From NCBI GenBank assembly GCA_002269645.1, contig NIVC01001072.1, positions 299,921-363,920 on the forward strand: a DNA stretch of 64,000 bases, given 5' to 3'. The stretch comes from Macrostomum lignano (lineage: Eukaryota). This document shows positions 1-10,525 of this stretch, one piece after another; position 1 is the first letter of the stretch, and the number at the start of each line of letters is the position of its first letter. The notes beneath the pieces are model-generated. The model was not told where the DNA came from, searched no databases, and saw only the letters and a program-made list of their open reading frames with translations. The position numbers were made by a program, and so were the translations under genes.

Positions 1-121
1 GTCAGTTTTAAAGATTATTTTCACATTTAATTTCTTCCCTTTTCTTAAAAAATAGTTTAAAAGGTAAAACGGAGAAAACAAAGTTCTCGATAAAAATTAT
101 ATGGGCTGTGCTTAATTTTAC

Positions 122-277
122 CTTAGTCTGGTAATGCCTTCGTGCTTTCTTCATGTCACGCTCCTGAAAGACTCTGGGTTGAACCAACTCGAGAATTCGG
201 TTCAGTCGGGTCTTTTTGGCCACCAATTCACGCACAAAGCGGAAGCTCCCAGGCTCTAGGTTGTTGCTTAGTATTAC
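122..277 (-). CDS. Exon 2 of the divergent accessory gene of the EnSpm/CACTA element (continues off the left edge or into further exons)
   Basis: Acceptor ttttctcattaatttaaag at 279-278. Phase-0 join to exon 1 gives ...LIIQ|VILSNNLEPGSFRFVRELVAKKTRLNRILELVQPRVFQERDMKKARRHYQTK, with donor AAG|GTAAAA at 121-120. Confidence 0.55.
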
Positions 278-364
278 CTTTAAATTAATGAGAAAATATG
301 AGCGTACAAATATTAGATCGATTCAAGAATTTTAACATTTCAATCGTTGGGATCGGTTGCTTAC

Positions 365-550
365 CTGAATAATTAGAGCAGAGTAAAAACAGCCTTCATA
401 CAAGGCTTCACACTTCCACTTCTCAGTGGAGTCCCTCTTTTCTAACCATTCCTCTTCCTTAAGGTTTTGAAAGCCTTCAGGAAGCTTCACTTCGCTTTCC
501 GAGACCTCAACAATTTGACGGTCGTCTTTAAAGATCACTAAAAACTTCAT
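365..550 (-). CDS. Exon 1 of the divergent accessory gene of the EnSpm/CACTA element
   Basis: ATG at 550, 62 codons (MKFLVIFKDDRQIVEV...LIIQ), donor CAG|GTAAGC at 364-363, 87-nt intron. Head-to-head with the transposase, 364 bp apart. Confidence 0.6.
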
Positions 551-914
551 TGTAGCATGCAGACTAGACTATGCTAGTGCAAAACTGAGTACCAAATAAA
601 GCAAGAGTTTGGAGCTCACACTATAGTTTATGCTTATTTAATGATTCAGTGGTTTAGGTTGCTTCTAGAAGCAATTGTCTTCTATAGTTCTTCGAATGAA
701 AAAGGCCGCCCTGGCTTTTCCAATTTCATTGGCCCTACCGTCCCCGCATCCATACCTGTCCAATCAGCGCGCACAAACCCCCAAAGGAATAGTTTTCAAT
801 TCTTCCCAGCTTTTGTTCATATCCTTTCTTTAATACGAAATAAGCAATCGTAGTAATTACTTTATTATTATTACAACAGTCAACTATCATCAAAGTCTGA
901 TTCGGACGAAAACA

Positions 915-2942
915 ATGACAAGGCAATTGAGGCGACAAGCAAATAAGGATTTGCTGGGCTTGTTCATGGAAGGAGAACAAGAAGCTTTGGAAGACATCGC
1001 ACTGCAAGAGAAAAAAAGAAAAGTATTCGAAGCAGATGATTCTGGGAGAGTCGCCGGTTTCATCGCTTCGGAGTCCTCTGTAGCAGAAGTCAATGAAGGT
1101 ACGGATCCAGATCTTGACAACGACAATGGCAGCTATCCTGATTTTGACGAGTTCGCGCGAGTTTGCAGCGATGAAGATGAGGAGATTGACAAGAAAGAGG
1201 ATGACCGCTCTTTAGAAGATAAAATATTCGCCTTGCTGGTAGTCTACTTTTCTTGTTTCAACCTAAGTCGTGGATCTAAAAAATTCCTTGTTGATGGTCT
1301 AAGAGACATAGGCTTGCCTGCGCCGAAGTCTGTCAACTCTATTGAGGCCGTCATCAATGCTGGCGATCCAACGGAAAAATTGGAGCCCATGGGAAAAGGC
1401 CATTTTCGCTACATTTCGATTCTGAAAAATCTAGAACTAATGTTTCGCAAAAACCAGCTGCACATGAAGCCAGAATATCTACAACACGATAGTGAAACTG
1501 AGAAGGTTTACAAAATTGAAGCCATCGTTAATTTTGACGGCTTGCCTTTGTACCGAGCAAGCCACTTCGGTCTTTGGCCCATACTTATGTCTATTCCCAG
1601 CATATTCAGCAGACCTTTTCCAGTAGCCGTATGGGCTGGTTGTGGCAAGCCACCTCTGAATGATTATCTTCGACAATTTTGCGACGAGGCTAAACGTTTT
1701 CTTACGGGTCCAATAAAAATTATCGAAAATTTAAGCATCAGCTTCTCGACTATCCGATTTGTTTGCGATGCGCCTGCTCGAGCCTGGGTCTCAGTAACTC
1801 AAGGGCACATGTCGTACGTCGGTTGCATGTACTGCAGGGCTACTGGACCTTATACCGACAACAGAGTAACATTTTCAACGAGCGTCGGGGAGTCTCGTAG
1901 CAGCCAACAATACCGAGAGGGAAAGGAGTCTAACCAGGAAAATAAAAAAATCGCTCTATCGCCCCTTCTAAATTTGCCTAACATTAGTTTTGTCGATGCT
2001 TTTCCCCCTGACTACCAGCATGCCGTATGCCTTGGAGTCACAAGGAAGCTATTTTACCTATTTTTCGACAAATCTAATGGCAAGAAGTGTCTCGTCTATC
2101 CCGGTCCGATGAGCCTATTGGGCGACCGAATTACTATGGCTGCCGGTTGGACACCTTCAAACTTTCAACGAAGACCCCGGAAAATCGACTTGGAACTGAA
2201 GCACATGAAGGCTACTGAATTCAGACAGTACTTGCTGTACCTAGGACCTGTCCTCTTCAAAGGCATTTTAAATGAAGAAAGGTATAACCACTTTCTTTAC
2301 CTCCATTTCGCCATTTACGCATACTCCAACGAAAGGTACTCCAAGTGGTGGACGCAGGCAAAAACTTGCATTGAAGTTTTTGTTGAACGGGCTGCCCACC
2401 TTTACGGCCAGAAGTTTATAAGTTTCAATCTTCACACTATTCTTCATTTGGATGAGTTTGTCCGAAAGCTAGGCAGTTTAAACAACTTTTCGACTTTCCC
2501 TTTCGAAAACTTTCTTGGATCTGTAAAGCGCCGCGTAAAGGTGACAAGGCACATGGCAGCGCATTCAGTTAAGCAGGTGCTCAGAGTTCGCGATCTTCTG
2601 TTGAATGAGCAGCGAATTCCACCGTTGAAATTCAGCACAAAGCGAGGTGATAATTGTTGCATAATCGACAAAGTATGCGTCCTAATCGAAGCTGTAAGTG
2701 AAGCTAATCAAGTCACTGGCAGGATTTTACACCCAGTTGACAACATCTACGCCAACCCATATCCATCTTTGCGTCTGGGAATCGGCTTGTACAGGATGAC
2801 ATCTGGTGTTCTAACTGGCACACCTGAGCGAAAGTGCTGGATTTTGCCTGCGAATCTGCTTGCCAATCTTGCTGGAGCGGACAGGGATCCAGCAAGCCAT
2901 TTTTTTGTCATTCCTCTGACAGGTGACTCCGAGGAGGCCTGA
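915..2942 (+). CDS. EnSpm/CACTA (CMC superfamily) DDE transposase, 675 aa, uninterrupted
   Basis: Motifs FDGLP (D1), FVCDAPARA (D2), CMYC (CxxC), DYQHAVCLGV (DxxH), KATEFRQYLLY, FNLHTILHL and FPFENFLG (E) match the animal EnSpm-type transposase pattern. Acidic N-terminus; no stops or frameshifts. Confidence 0.85.
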   Translation: MTRQLRRQANKDLLGLFMEGEQEALEDIALQEKKRKVFEADDSGRVAGFIASESSVAEVNEGTDPDLDNDNGSYPDFDEFARVCSDEDEEIDKKEDDRSLEDKIFALLVVYFSCFNLSRGSKKFLVDGLRDIGLPAPKSVNSIEAVINAGDPTEKLEPMGKGHFRYISILKNLELMFRKNQLHMKPEYLQHDSETEKVYKIEAIVNFDGLPLYRASHFGLWPILMSIPSIFSRPFPVAVWAGCGKPPLNDYLRQFCDEAKRFLTGPIKIIENLSISFSTIRFVCDAPARAWVSVTQGHMSYVGCMYCRATGPYTDNRVTFSTSVGESRSSQQYREGKESNQENKKIALSPLLNLPNISFVDAFPPDYQHAVCLGVTRKLFYLFFDKSNGKKCLVYPGPMSLLGDRITMAAGWTPSNFQRRPRKIDLELKHMKATEFRQYLLYLGPVLFKGILNEERYNHFLYLHFAIYAYSNERYSKWWTQAKTCIEVFVERAAHLYGQKFISFNLHTILHLDEFVRKLGSLNNFSTFPFENFLGSVKRRVKVTRHMAAHSVKQVLRVRDLLLNEQRIPPLKFSTKRGDNCCIIDKVCVLIEAVSEANQVTGRILHPVDNIYANPYPSLRLGIGLYRMTSGVLTGTPERKCWILPANLLANLAGADRDPASHFFVIPLTGDSEEA

Positions 2943-3716
2943 TGTAGGACGCGTGAGTCGCAAGTGAGTACTAAAAATATCTTTCTCTGGTTTTTTATAT
3001 CAATCCGATTTCCTTCTATCTCGATTCTCGTATTCCCTGTATTCTGCAATTCTGCAATTTCTTCCTGTATATGTTCTCAGCTTCAACACGCAGACATGAT
3101 TGTAGATTGTGAGTTAAATATTAGTATATTACGATGCATACTCGATCGCAACTGCCATTTTATCTTTACTTTTAGGATCCGCAGTTTCACGAGTTTACTA
3201 CAAGCCTGGCGATCGGTCATTCATGAACTGGAGTTATTTTAGAGACTGATTATATTGATTCTATCTTTATTGTTTACATTCTTGAACCCTAGAATTAGGT
3301 ACAGCTTAAAATTCGGTGTTATAGAGGCCGGAGGGGTAATTTAGCTCAAAACTGTGTAGGAGGGGTGGAGGGGCCGGAAACTTAGTGGGAGGTGATGCCG
3401 CTGTATGTGGCTGAAATGGGGGATTTATTTTCTTAAACCCCAGTATACGAGTATGAAATACTAATGGTATTGTATACAGTATTCCTACCTCCAATTCAAG
3501 CCAACAGAATTTTTGTAATATTTTACTTATCCCATTGATAATAATCAACTAGCTGCACAACTGTAATTTCCATCTGTTACCATCTGGTTTTACTTTTAAG
3601 CACATATAAAATGCTATGAATATTTTCTTTCTTTTGCTGGCACCTATTTTAGGTCAGATCGAATCAATACTTTCCGTATCAAAGTATTTATGTGTTTATG
3701 CTAGGTTGTAACTTAT

Positions 3717-3720
<4 letters not shown>

Positions 3721-3778
<58 letters not shown>
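3721..3778. repeat. (TA)29 microsatellite
   Basis: Pure TA run. Confidence 0.95.
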
Positions 3779-3781
<3 letters not shown>

Positions 3782-4666
3782 CAGACCTTGTCAAGCCTCG
3801 CACGAAATTCGTCTTTGTTCTTCCTTTATCTTTGGTGCAATATGGGAATAGAAAAAACTTGATGACCTGCACTGATAAGGAGTCAGGACAGTTTGTTTGT
3901 TTCGCATAGGTTCGCTTAAGCAGGCAAGAACGGTACAACGTAGAAATTCCCATATCACTTCTCTAGCCTTTCTTCTAACCCCCCCCCCACCCAACTGAAA
4001 TGAATTGGCCAAAATTAGCTGTCACCTCTAGGTTAAAATAATTCCTTGCATTGCCCTGTCATTACGGGTTATTGCCACTGGCCAGGAAATTCAAAACATT
4101 TTTCTAAGAGCAACTCAAAATGAGTAAGCTTTATACAGGCTATAATTGATGAGAGATTTCTGTTAATGAGAGATAAAGCCCACACGGGTTTTATTGATGT
4201 CGGGTTGTAAAAGACGATCGCAAATAGAGAACAATATAGCGAGAATATTCAAGCTGGCGGACGTGCGCCGAGCTATAATTTTCTGTTAACTCGGGGATTC
4301 AGTAAGACTAGAATAATTGAGTGGCAAAAACTGTCATGAGAACGCAAAGGCACTTTGAAACCTTTATGATTCAGTGGATTTATTCATCCGGAAAAATGAC
4401 AAGGCGGGGGTTAGATTGTTATTTATTCATGACCTGTCCCATTTGAGCTCTGACCGCCTCTGAATATGAAAACTGAGAAAATATCTATGTCTATGTAATG
4501 TATCCCTCCTTATCAAAATGTGACTGAGTGACTGTGCCCTACTCGTAATCGGGGAGATAAATGAAGGGGAGACAGGGGAGACAGTCTCCTATCTCCAATC
4601 TCCCATGTCTCTTATTTGCCATTATGCAGTTAACTGGGCCCGTCATGCATAGCCTACTGCAGGCTG

Positions 4667-4710
4667 CAGGGGTCAGCAAACTCCAGCCCACGGGCCACAT
4701 GCGGCCCGCA
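4667..4710 (+). mobile_element. Fragment resembling the 5' end of a hAT-Charlie-type non-autonomous element
   Basis: caggggtcagcaaactccagcccacgggccacatgcggcccgc resembles the CAGGGGTCGGCAAACT...GGCCCG termini of Charlie/MER58-like elements. No partner end found. Confidence 0.35.
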
Positions 4711-4868
4711 GTCTCTCTATCCAGCCCTCGGGTCCTTTCTAACTTCCCATGCCAATAACAATCCAGCCCGCTCAAGGTTTGCATCTCTTCTCAGCTTTTT
4801 TGCTAATTTCTTCTCCTTTTCTCATCAAAATCTCCCCTCTCTCCTCCTTTCCCCTCTTTCCTTGCTCC

Positions 4869-5053
4869 CAGTGGCGCAACCAGGGGGGGGGGGGGGGGGG
4901 GGGGCCCCCCCTTAGGCGGAGACCCAGAAAAAATTGAAGGGGGGACCAAGCGAATTTTCGCCAAAAACAGAGCCTCCCCTCCGCCCCCTCCCTCACGGGA
5001 CTTTACCTTCCAGAATCCGCCCCCCCCTCAAAAAATTTCTGGTTGCCCTACTG
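4869..5053. mobile_element. hAT-type MITE, 185 bp
   Basis: Imperfect 15-bp TIRs (cagtggcgcaaccag / ctggttgccctactg) and a perfect 8-bp TSD cttgctcc at 4861-4868 and 5054-5061. Confidence 0.85.
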
Positions 5054-5390
5054 CTTGCTCCCTTCCTCTGACATCTCTCCTTTCGCCTCTCTCCTCTCTC
5101 CCTTTATCTCCCTTCTTTCTCTCATCTCGCCTCTCTCCTCTCTTCCCTCCTCTCACATCTCACATCTCTCCCCTCTCCCCTCCACTCTCCTCCTTCTGGC
5201 CCGCAGTCTTGAGCTAGATTCTCTATCTGGCACTTAAAGTAAAATAGTTAGCCAATCCCTCGCAAGGAATTTCGATCATTACAATGAGCAAAAGTTGACA
5301 TTAACAAAATTTTGGCGGGCGCGTTGTGCCAAGCCTGAACAGCTTCTCTAGACAGCACTCTGTGCTCTCCAGAATTACTTGAACTGTTAG

Positions 5391-5503
5391 CAGTGGCGCA
5401 AGCAGAATTTCTTATGTGGGGGGGGGGCGGATTCTGAAGGGTAAAGACCCAAGGGGGGCGGAGGGGTGGCTCTGTATTTTGGCAAAAATGCGCTTGGTCC
5501 CCC
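5391..5503 (-). mobile_element. Truncated inverted copy of the same hAT MITE family
   Basis: Begins cagtggcgcaagcag and is a diverged reverse complement of ~4938-5053 (ggcggattctg...ggctctgt...cgcttggtccccc). Confidence 0.75.
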
Positions 5504-5912
5504 TTTAATACAGCTTGGCAAACCTGATTGATTTTCCGGGATTTCCCCTGTCCTAGTTGTATTTCTCTAAAATTCTGGAAGATAAATCGAGATTCTAGAT
5601 AATAGCTGCATCTAAGATTAGTTTGTTTTGCTATCGCATTGTACCGTACAATTAATTATTGAAAATTTTAAACCTTTGCTGGCATACGCATATGTTATCT
5701 TTGACCTTACCTGTTGTTTAATAGGTAAATTATTACTGTATGGAGGTACATGTAGATATAGGCATTTTGACTGTCAACTGTCCACCCCATACAAGCATAC
5801 GGCTTTCAAATAATTATGCAACCTTGTGCAAGGGTATGCCGCCTACTTACATGTAAAACTTTGAAATGAGTATTTATTTACGCCACTATCCAAGGGGGGG
5901 GGGGCGCGGCCG

Positions 5913-6600
5913 CGGGAGACCGACAGCGGAGACCGCCACAATTTGCCCGCCAGACAATTTGCCCGCCAGACAATTTGCCCGCCAGACAATTTGCCCGCCA
6001 GACAATTTGCCCGCCAGACAATTTGCCCGCCAGACAATTTGCCCGCCAGACAATTTGCCCGCCAGACAATTTGCCCGCCAGACAATTTGCCCGCCAGACA
6101 ATTTGCCCGCCAGACAATTTGCCCGCCAGACAATTTGCCCGCCAGACAATTTGCCCGCCAGACAATTTGCCCGCCAGACAATTTGCCCGCCAGACAATTT
6201 GCCCGCCAGACAATTTGCCCGCCAGACAATTTGCCCGCCAGACAATTTGCCCGCCAGACAATTTGCCCGCCAGACAATTTGCCCGCCAGACAATTTGCCC
6301 GCCAGACAATTTGCCCGCCAGACAATTTGCCCGCCAGACAATTTGCCCGCCAGACAATTTGCCCGCCAGACAATTTGCCCGCCAGACAATTTGCCCGCCA
6401 GACAATTTGCCCGCCAGACAATTTGCCCGCCAGACAATTTGCCCGCCAGACAATTTGCCCGCCAGACAATTTGCCCGCCAGACAATTTGCCCGCCAGACA
6501 ATTTGCCCGCCAGACAATTTGCCCGCCGCCCTATTTCACCTTGAATAGAACGGCGATCAAATTGTGGCGGTCAAATGTACTCGTAGATGTAGTAGACCCG
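5913..6600. mobile_element. Foldback-type MITE carrying an expanded subterminal repeat
   Basis: Ends cggg...cccg flanked by direct gcggccg (5906-5912 and 6601-6607). Motif gaccgccacaatttg occurs at the left end and inverted near the right end (caaattgtggcggtc). Confidence 0.55.
5938..6527. repeat. 16-bp tandem repeat (acaatttgcccgccag) x ~37, homogeneous
   Basis: Read directly; explains the overlapping repetitive ORFs on both strands. Confidence 0.97.
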
Positions 6601-7729
6601 GCGGCCGCCCCCTTTGCCATGGCTGGACTTGCATATAAGGGGGGTAAATTTTGAGCTTACTTTGGCTTTTTAGACCAAAACAAAAATTTGGGCAAATCTG
6701 CCCCACTACTTTAAAAATCCTGAATTGACCACCAAATCGGACTCATCTAAATGAAAACTTAAGAATACAAGCAACATTGTACATGCGCTAGTGCTTAAGT
6801 AGTGGAGTATTAAAAAATATATTTTTTGTTGCGTTGATTTCGAAGATCAAAAGGTATTACTTATAAGTAGGTAGGCTAAAACGCACACTTTTGCGTTCAC
6901 ATCCAATTTCTGAAGTGTATGAAACTCAGAAAAATTTGCACGAGTCGCCTATACCCCACTTTGGAGCTTGCAGCAATTTTTCAAAGAGATGGCTGCTCAA
7001 AGGGTTAAAAGTTCAAGTTAGCTGTAGTATGAGGATTGGTCAATGCAAATAAATAATGAGCTCATTATACAAGAAAATAATTAATAAGGATATCAATAGT
7101 TCGCCCCACTGTCCACTGCACGTACTGAAAGGCGTACTGTCAGGTTCGAGCACAAAAACACCCGAAACTAAAAAAATCAACTTTAAAAATTCTGCTCTTT
7201 ACATAATTTCCTCACAAAAATATTTCATACGTACAAAGAAGAAAACCTACAAACTTTTATCTTGCGGGATGGGGCGTACCCTTGAGGGCCGCCGGGGCGC
7301 CGGCCTAGAGGGTACGCCCCAATTTTTCTAACCACTGGGTAAAGTAGCATTTGTAATTATCAAATTGTGGGAATTGTGTATTTTTAAACAAATATATATT
7401 TTTAACTATCAAAAAGCATTTGATTTAATTTGAAATTATATATAATTTTGATAACTTTAAGATTTCAAGTGGAAATTGGATAGAGTAATATCTTTGTTAC
7501 TTAATGTTTTTTTTCAAAATAGAAAAATAGAACTCTTGGCTATTAATATGATTCTTTATCAAACTCTTATCTATTGATCTATAAATTTATCTATAAATCA
7601 ATTGGCATCTCAGCAACTCCCCATTGAGCCTTGGCATCTCAGCTAATATTGCAATATTTGTAATTAGAATATTACAGAATTGAATTAGTTTAAATCGTCC
7701 TAAAAATCCCCAATCGATTACTCTCTCAG

Positions 7730-8205
7730 GTGCAACGCAGAGGTAAGCACATCTTGCCTACAGTGTCTCGACTATTGCTGCTAAGCACCTATCTAGAGGA
7801 TGGAGTCCGCATGCTAACCCACTGGAGCATGCAGGCCAATTATGTGTCTCGCGAATGGAACGTGTTCGCTCTTCTGGGCCACCTGTTTGTGCTGATCAAC
7901 ATGATCTGCCAGTTGGTTGGCAGCGGTTTAGTACTGGCTAGAGTTCAAGTGCCAATCGCTTGCGCAATCCTTGGCGGAAATACTCTGATGCAGATTATTG
8001 TCTATAAAATTATATTCGAAGACTTCAGCTACCTGTTGCGCCTTGTGGCCATCACTGGCGGCCTACTGCTGCTCTACGTTGAGTCGCAGAACGAAGGTCG
8101 TGTCGTATTTGGCGGCCTGCCGTCAATCAGCGAGAACAAGCCGAAGCGGTGGCTGCAACTGTCTGGCAGGCTGCTGTTGGTGCTCATGCTTGTCAGCCTT
8201 GTGAG
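7730..8205 (+). CDS. SURF4: Surfeit locus protein 4 (SURF4/Erv29 cargo receptor), internal exon
   Basis: LPTVSRLLLLSTYLEDGVRM, CQLVGSGLVL, GGLLLLYVES and LQLSGRLLLVLM align with the SURF4 family. Acceptor ctctctcag at 7728-7729; phase-2 donor AG|GTGAGG at 8206. Confidence 0.93.
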
Positions 8206-8282
8206 GTGAGGGGTTTGGTGAAAATCACCTTGCCCGGATTCTTGTCATCTGTCATCCCAGGTCCTCATGATGTAGTCGCTGC

Positions 8283-9415
8283 CCACCCTCCCAGATCCTC
8301 AGTCAGTTGCTAAGCCAGCCTCCCATACCCTTAGTTTCTGAGCCAGCCTCCCAGATCCTCAGTTGCTGGGCCAGCCTCCCAGATCCTCAGTTGCTGGGCC
8401 AGCCTCCCAGATCCTCAGTTGCTGGGCCAGCCTCCCAGATCCTTAGTTGCTGAGCCAGCCTCCCAGATCCTCAGTCAGTTGCTGGGCCAGTCTCCCAGAG
8501 TGTCAGTTGCTGAGCCAGCCTCCCAGATCCTCAGTCAGTTGCTGGGCCAGTCTCCCAGAGTGTCAGTTGCTGAGCCAGCCTCCCAGATCCTCAGTCAGTT
8601 GCTGGGCCAGTCTCCCAGAGTGTCAGTTGCTGAGCCAGCCTCCCAGATCCTCAGTCAGTTGCTGGGCCAGCCTCCCAGATCCTTAGTTGCTGGGCCAGCC
8701 TCCCAGATCCTCAGTCAGTTGCTGAGCCAGCCTCCCAGATCCTCAGTCAGTTGCTGGGCCAGTCTCCCAGAGTGTCAGTTGCTGAGCCAGCCTCCCAGAT
8801 CCTCAGTCAGTTGCTGGGCCAGTCTCCCAGAGTGTCAGTTGCTGAGCCAGCCTCCCAGATCCTCAGTCAGTTGCTGGGCCAGTCTCCCAGAGTGTCAGTT
8901 GCTGAGCCAGCCTCCCAGATCCTCAGTCAGTTGCTGGGCCAGCCTCCCAGATCCTTAGTTGCTGGGCCAGCCTCCCAGATCCTCAGTTGCTGGGCCAGCC
9001 TCCCAGATCCTCAGTCAGTTGCTGGGCCAGCCTCCCAGATCCTTAGTTGCTGGGCCAGCCTCCCAGATTCTCAGTCAGTTGCTGAGCCAGCCTCCCAGAT
9101 CCTCAGTCAGTTGCTGGGCCAGTCTCCCAGAGTGTCAGTTGCTGAGCCAGCCTCCCAGATCCTCAGTCAGTTGCTGGGCCAGCCTCCCAGATCCTCAGTT
9201 GCTGGGCCAGCCTCCCAGATCCTCAGTCAGTTGCTGGGCCAGCCTCCCAGATCCTTAGTTGCTGGGCCAGCCTCCCAGATTCTCAGTCAGTTGCTGAGCC
9301 AGCCTCCCAGATCCTCAGTCAGTTGCTGGGCCAGTCTCCCAGAGTGTCAGTTGCTAGGCCAGCCTCCTAAATCCTTAGTTGCTGGGCCAGCGTCCTAGAT
9401 CCTCAGTCAGTTGCA
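8283..9415. repeat. Intronic minisatellite, 32/28-bp units (gccagcctcccagatcctca[gtca]gttgctgg) with a 60-bp dimer structure
   Basis: Fills most of SURF4 intron 8206-9605. Confidence 0.93.
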
Positions 9416-9430
9416 GGACCACAGCCTTCC

Positions 9431-9570
9431 AGATCCCCATAGAGTCGGCAGATCCCCCTCAGATCCCCATAGAGTCGGCAGATCCCCCTCAGATCCCCAT
9501 AGAGTCGGCAGATCCCCCTCAGATCCCCATAGAGTCGGCAGATCCCCCTCAGATCCCCATAGAGTCGGCA
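9431..9570. repeat. 30-bp tandem repeat (agatccccatagagtcggcagatccccctc) x ~4.7
   Basis: Directly upstream of the SURF4 terminal-exon acceptor; shares the core cagatcc with the neighbouring minisatellite. Confidence 0.93.
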
Positions 9571-9605
9571 AATCCCTTCATAAAGTCCCAATGCGCCCCC
9601 TGCAG

Positions 9606-9897
9606 ATTCCACGAAGGCCTGGACATCCTGGTTTCGCTAATCTCCCTAATCGCTGCCGCGCTAATCGCCATCGGGTTCAAAACTCGGCCAGTAGCCCTCG
9701 GCGCCGCTGTGCTCCTATTCGTTCTGAACCTGTTCTCCCACCCGTTCTGGTCGTTCACCGAAAAGCACCTGGAGATGCTGCGCGATTTTGTTAAATACGA
9801 TTTCTTTCAAACCCTGTCGGCTGTTGGCGGCCTGCTCATGATTGTGGCCGTCGGGCCCGGCGACGTGAGCCTGGATCAGCGCAAGAAGGATTGGTAA
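9606..9897 (+). CDS. SURF4: SURF4 terminal exon
   Basis: Acceptor cccctgcag; in frame with the previous exon (AG+A = Arg). Contains AIGFKTR, FVKYDFFQTLSAVGGLLMIVAVGPG and the C-terminal dilysine ER-retrieval motif KKDW-stop. Confidence 0.93.
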
Positions 9898-10155
9898 ATT
9901 AAAGTGCAAAACGCAGTCTGGCTTGTGCGAGTTCTTGACAGTATAATTTTGTTGCTTCTGTTTGTTTTTGTTTGTGTGTGTCTTTGTTGCCTGTTTGTTT
10001 TTCTTCTGCTTGCTCCTAGTAGCTTATCCGTTACAGATGGTTGTCTATACCGACTGTAACCCCCCTTCTGTCATCTTAGTTTTTACCCGACGTAACATAT
10101 ACGGTTGTGTGCTTTTCGATTTTAGAAAGATAGATAGATACATTCGGATTGAATA

Positions 10156-10525
10156 GTTTAGGGATTTCAACATTCTTGAGGATTTGAGAATAGGGATTTC
10201 AAAATATTGGGAATTTGAAAATTAGGATTTCAAATTTTTAGGGATTTGAGAATTGGGATTACAATTTTTTGGGATTTGAGAATAGGGTTTTCAATTTTTT
10301 GGGAATTTGAGAATTAGGATTTCAAATTTTGGGAGATTTGAGAACAGTAGGAATTTCAAACTTTTGGAAATAGGGATTTCAAATTTTTGTCATTTGAAAA
10401 TCGGGATTTCAAAGTTTTGGGATTTGACAATTGGGATTTTAATATATTGGGAATTAAAAATTTGATTTTAAAATTTTGAGATTTGACAATTGGGATTTCA
10501 AATTTTCGGTATTTAGAAATTGAAT
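10156..10525. repeat. Degenerate ~30-bp tandem repeat (ttttgggatttgagaatagggatttcaaa-like)
   Basis: Recurring gggatttgagaat/gggatttcaaa blocks. Confidence 0.7.

Larger units (their letters stand above)
1..3640. mobile_element. Putative autonomous EnSpm/CACTA transposon; left end outside the window, right end not established
   Basis: Transposase plus divergent spliced ORF. The right boundary is a guess (ttttgctgg near 3632-3640); no TIR pair can be verified in the window. Confidence 0.5.

Noticed and set aside
5512-5526. ggcaaacctg as a hAT right terminus
   Set aside because: No matching left end or TSD was found.
5843-6654. Repetitive ORFs in five or six frames
   Set aside because: By-product of the stop-free 16-bp repeat.
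9379-9605. N-terminal IPIESADPPQ repeats of ORF 9379-9897 as part of SURF4
   Set aside because: Intronic 30-bp repeat; homology and splice phase place the exon start at 9606.
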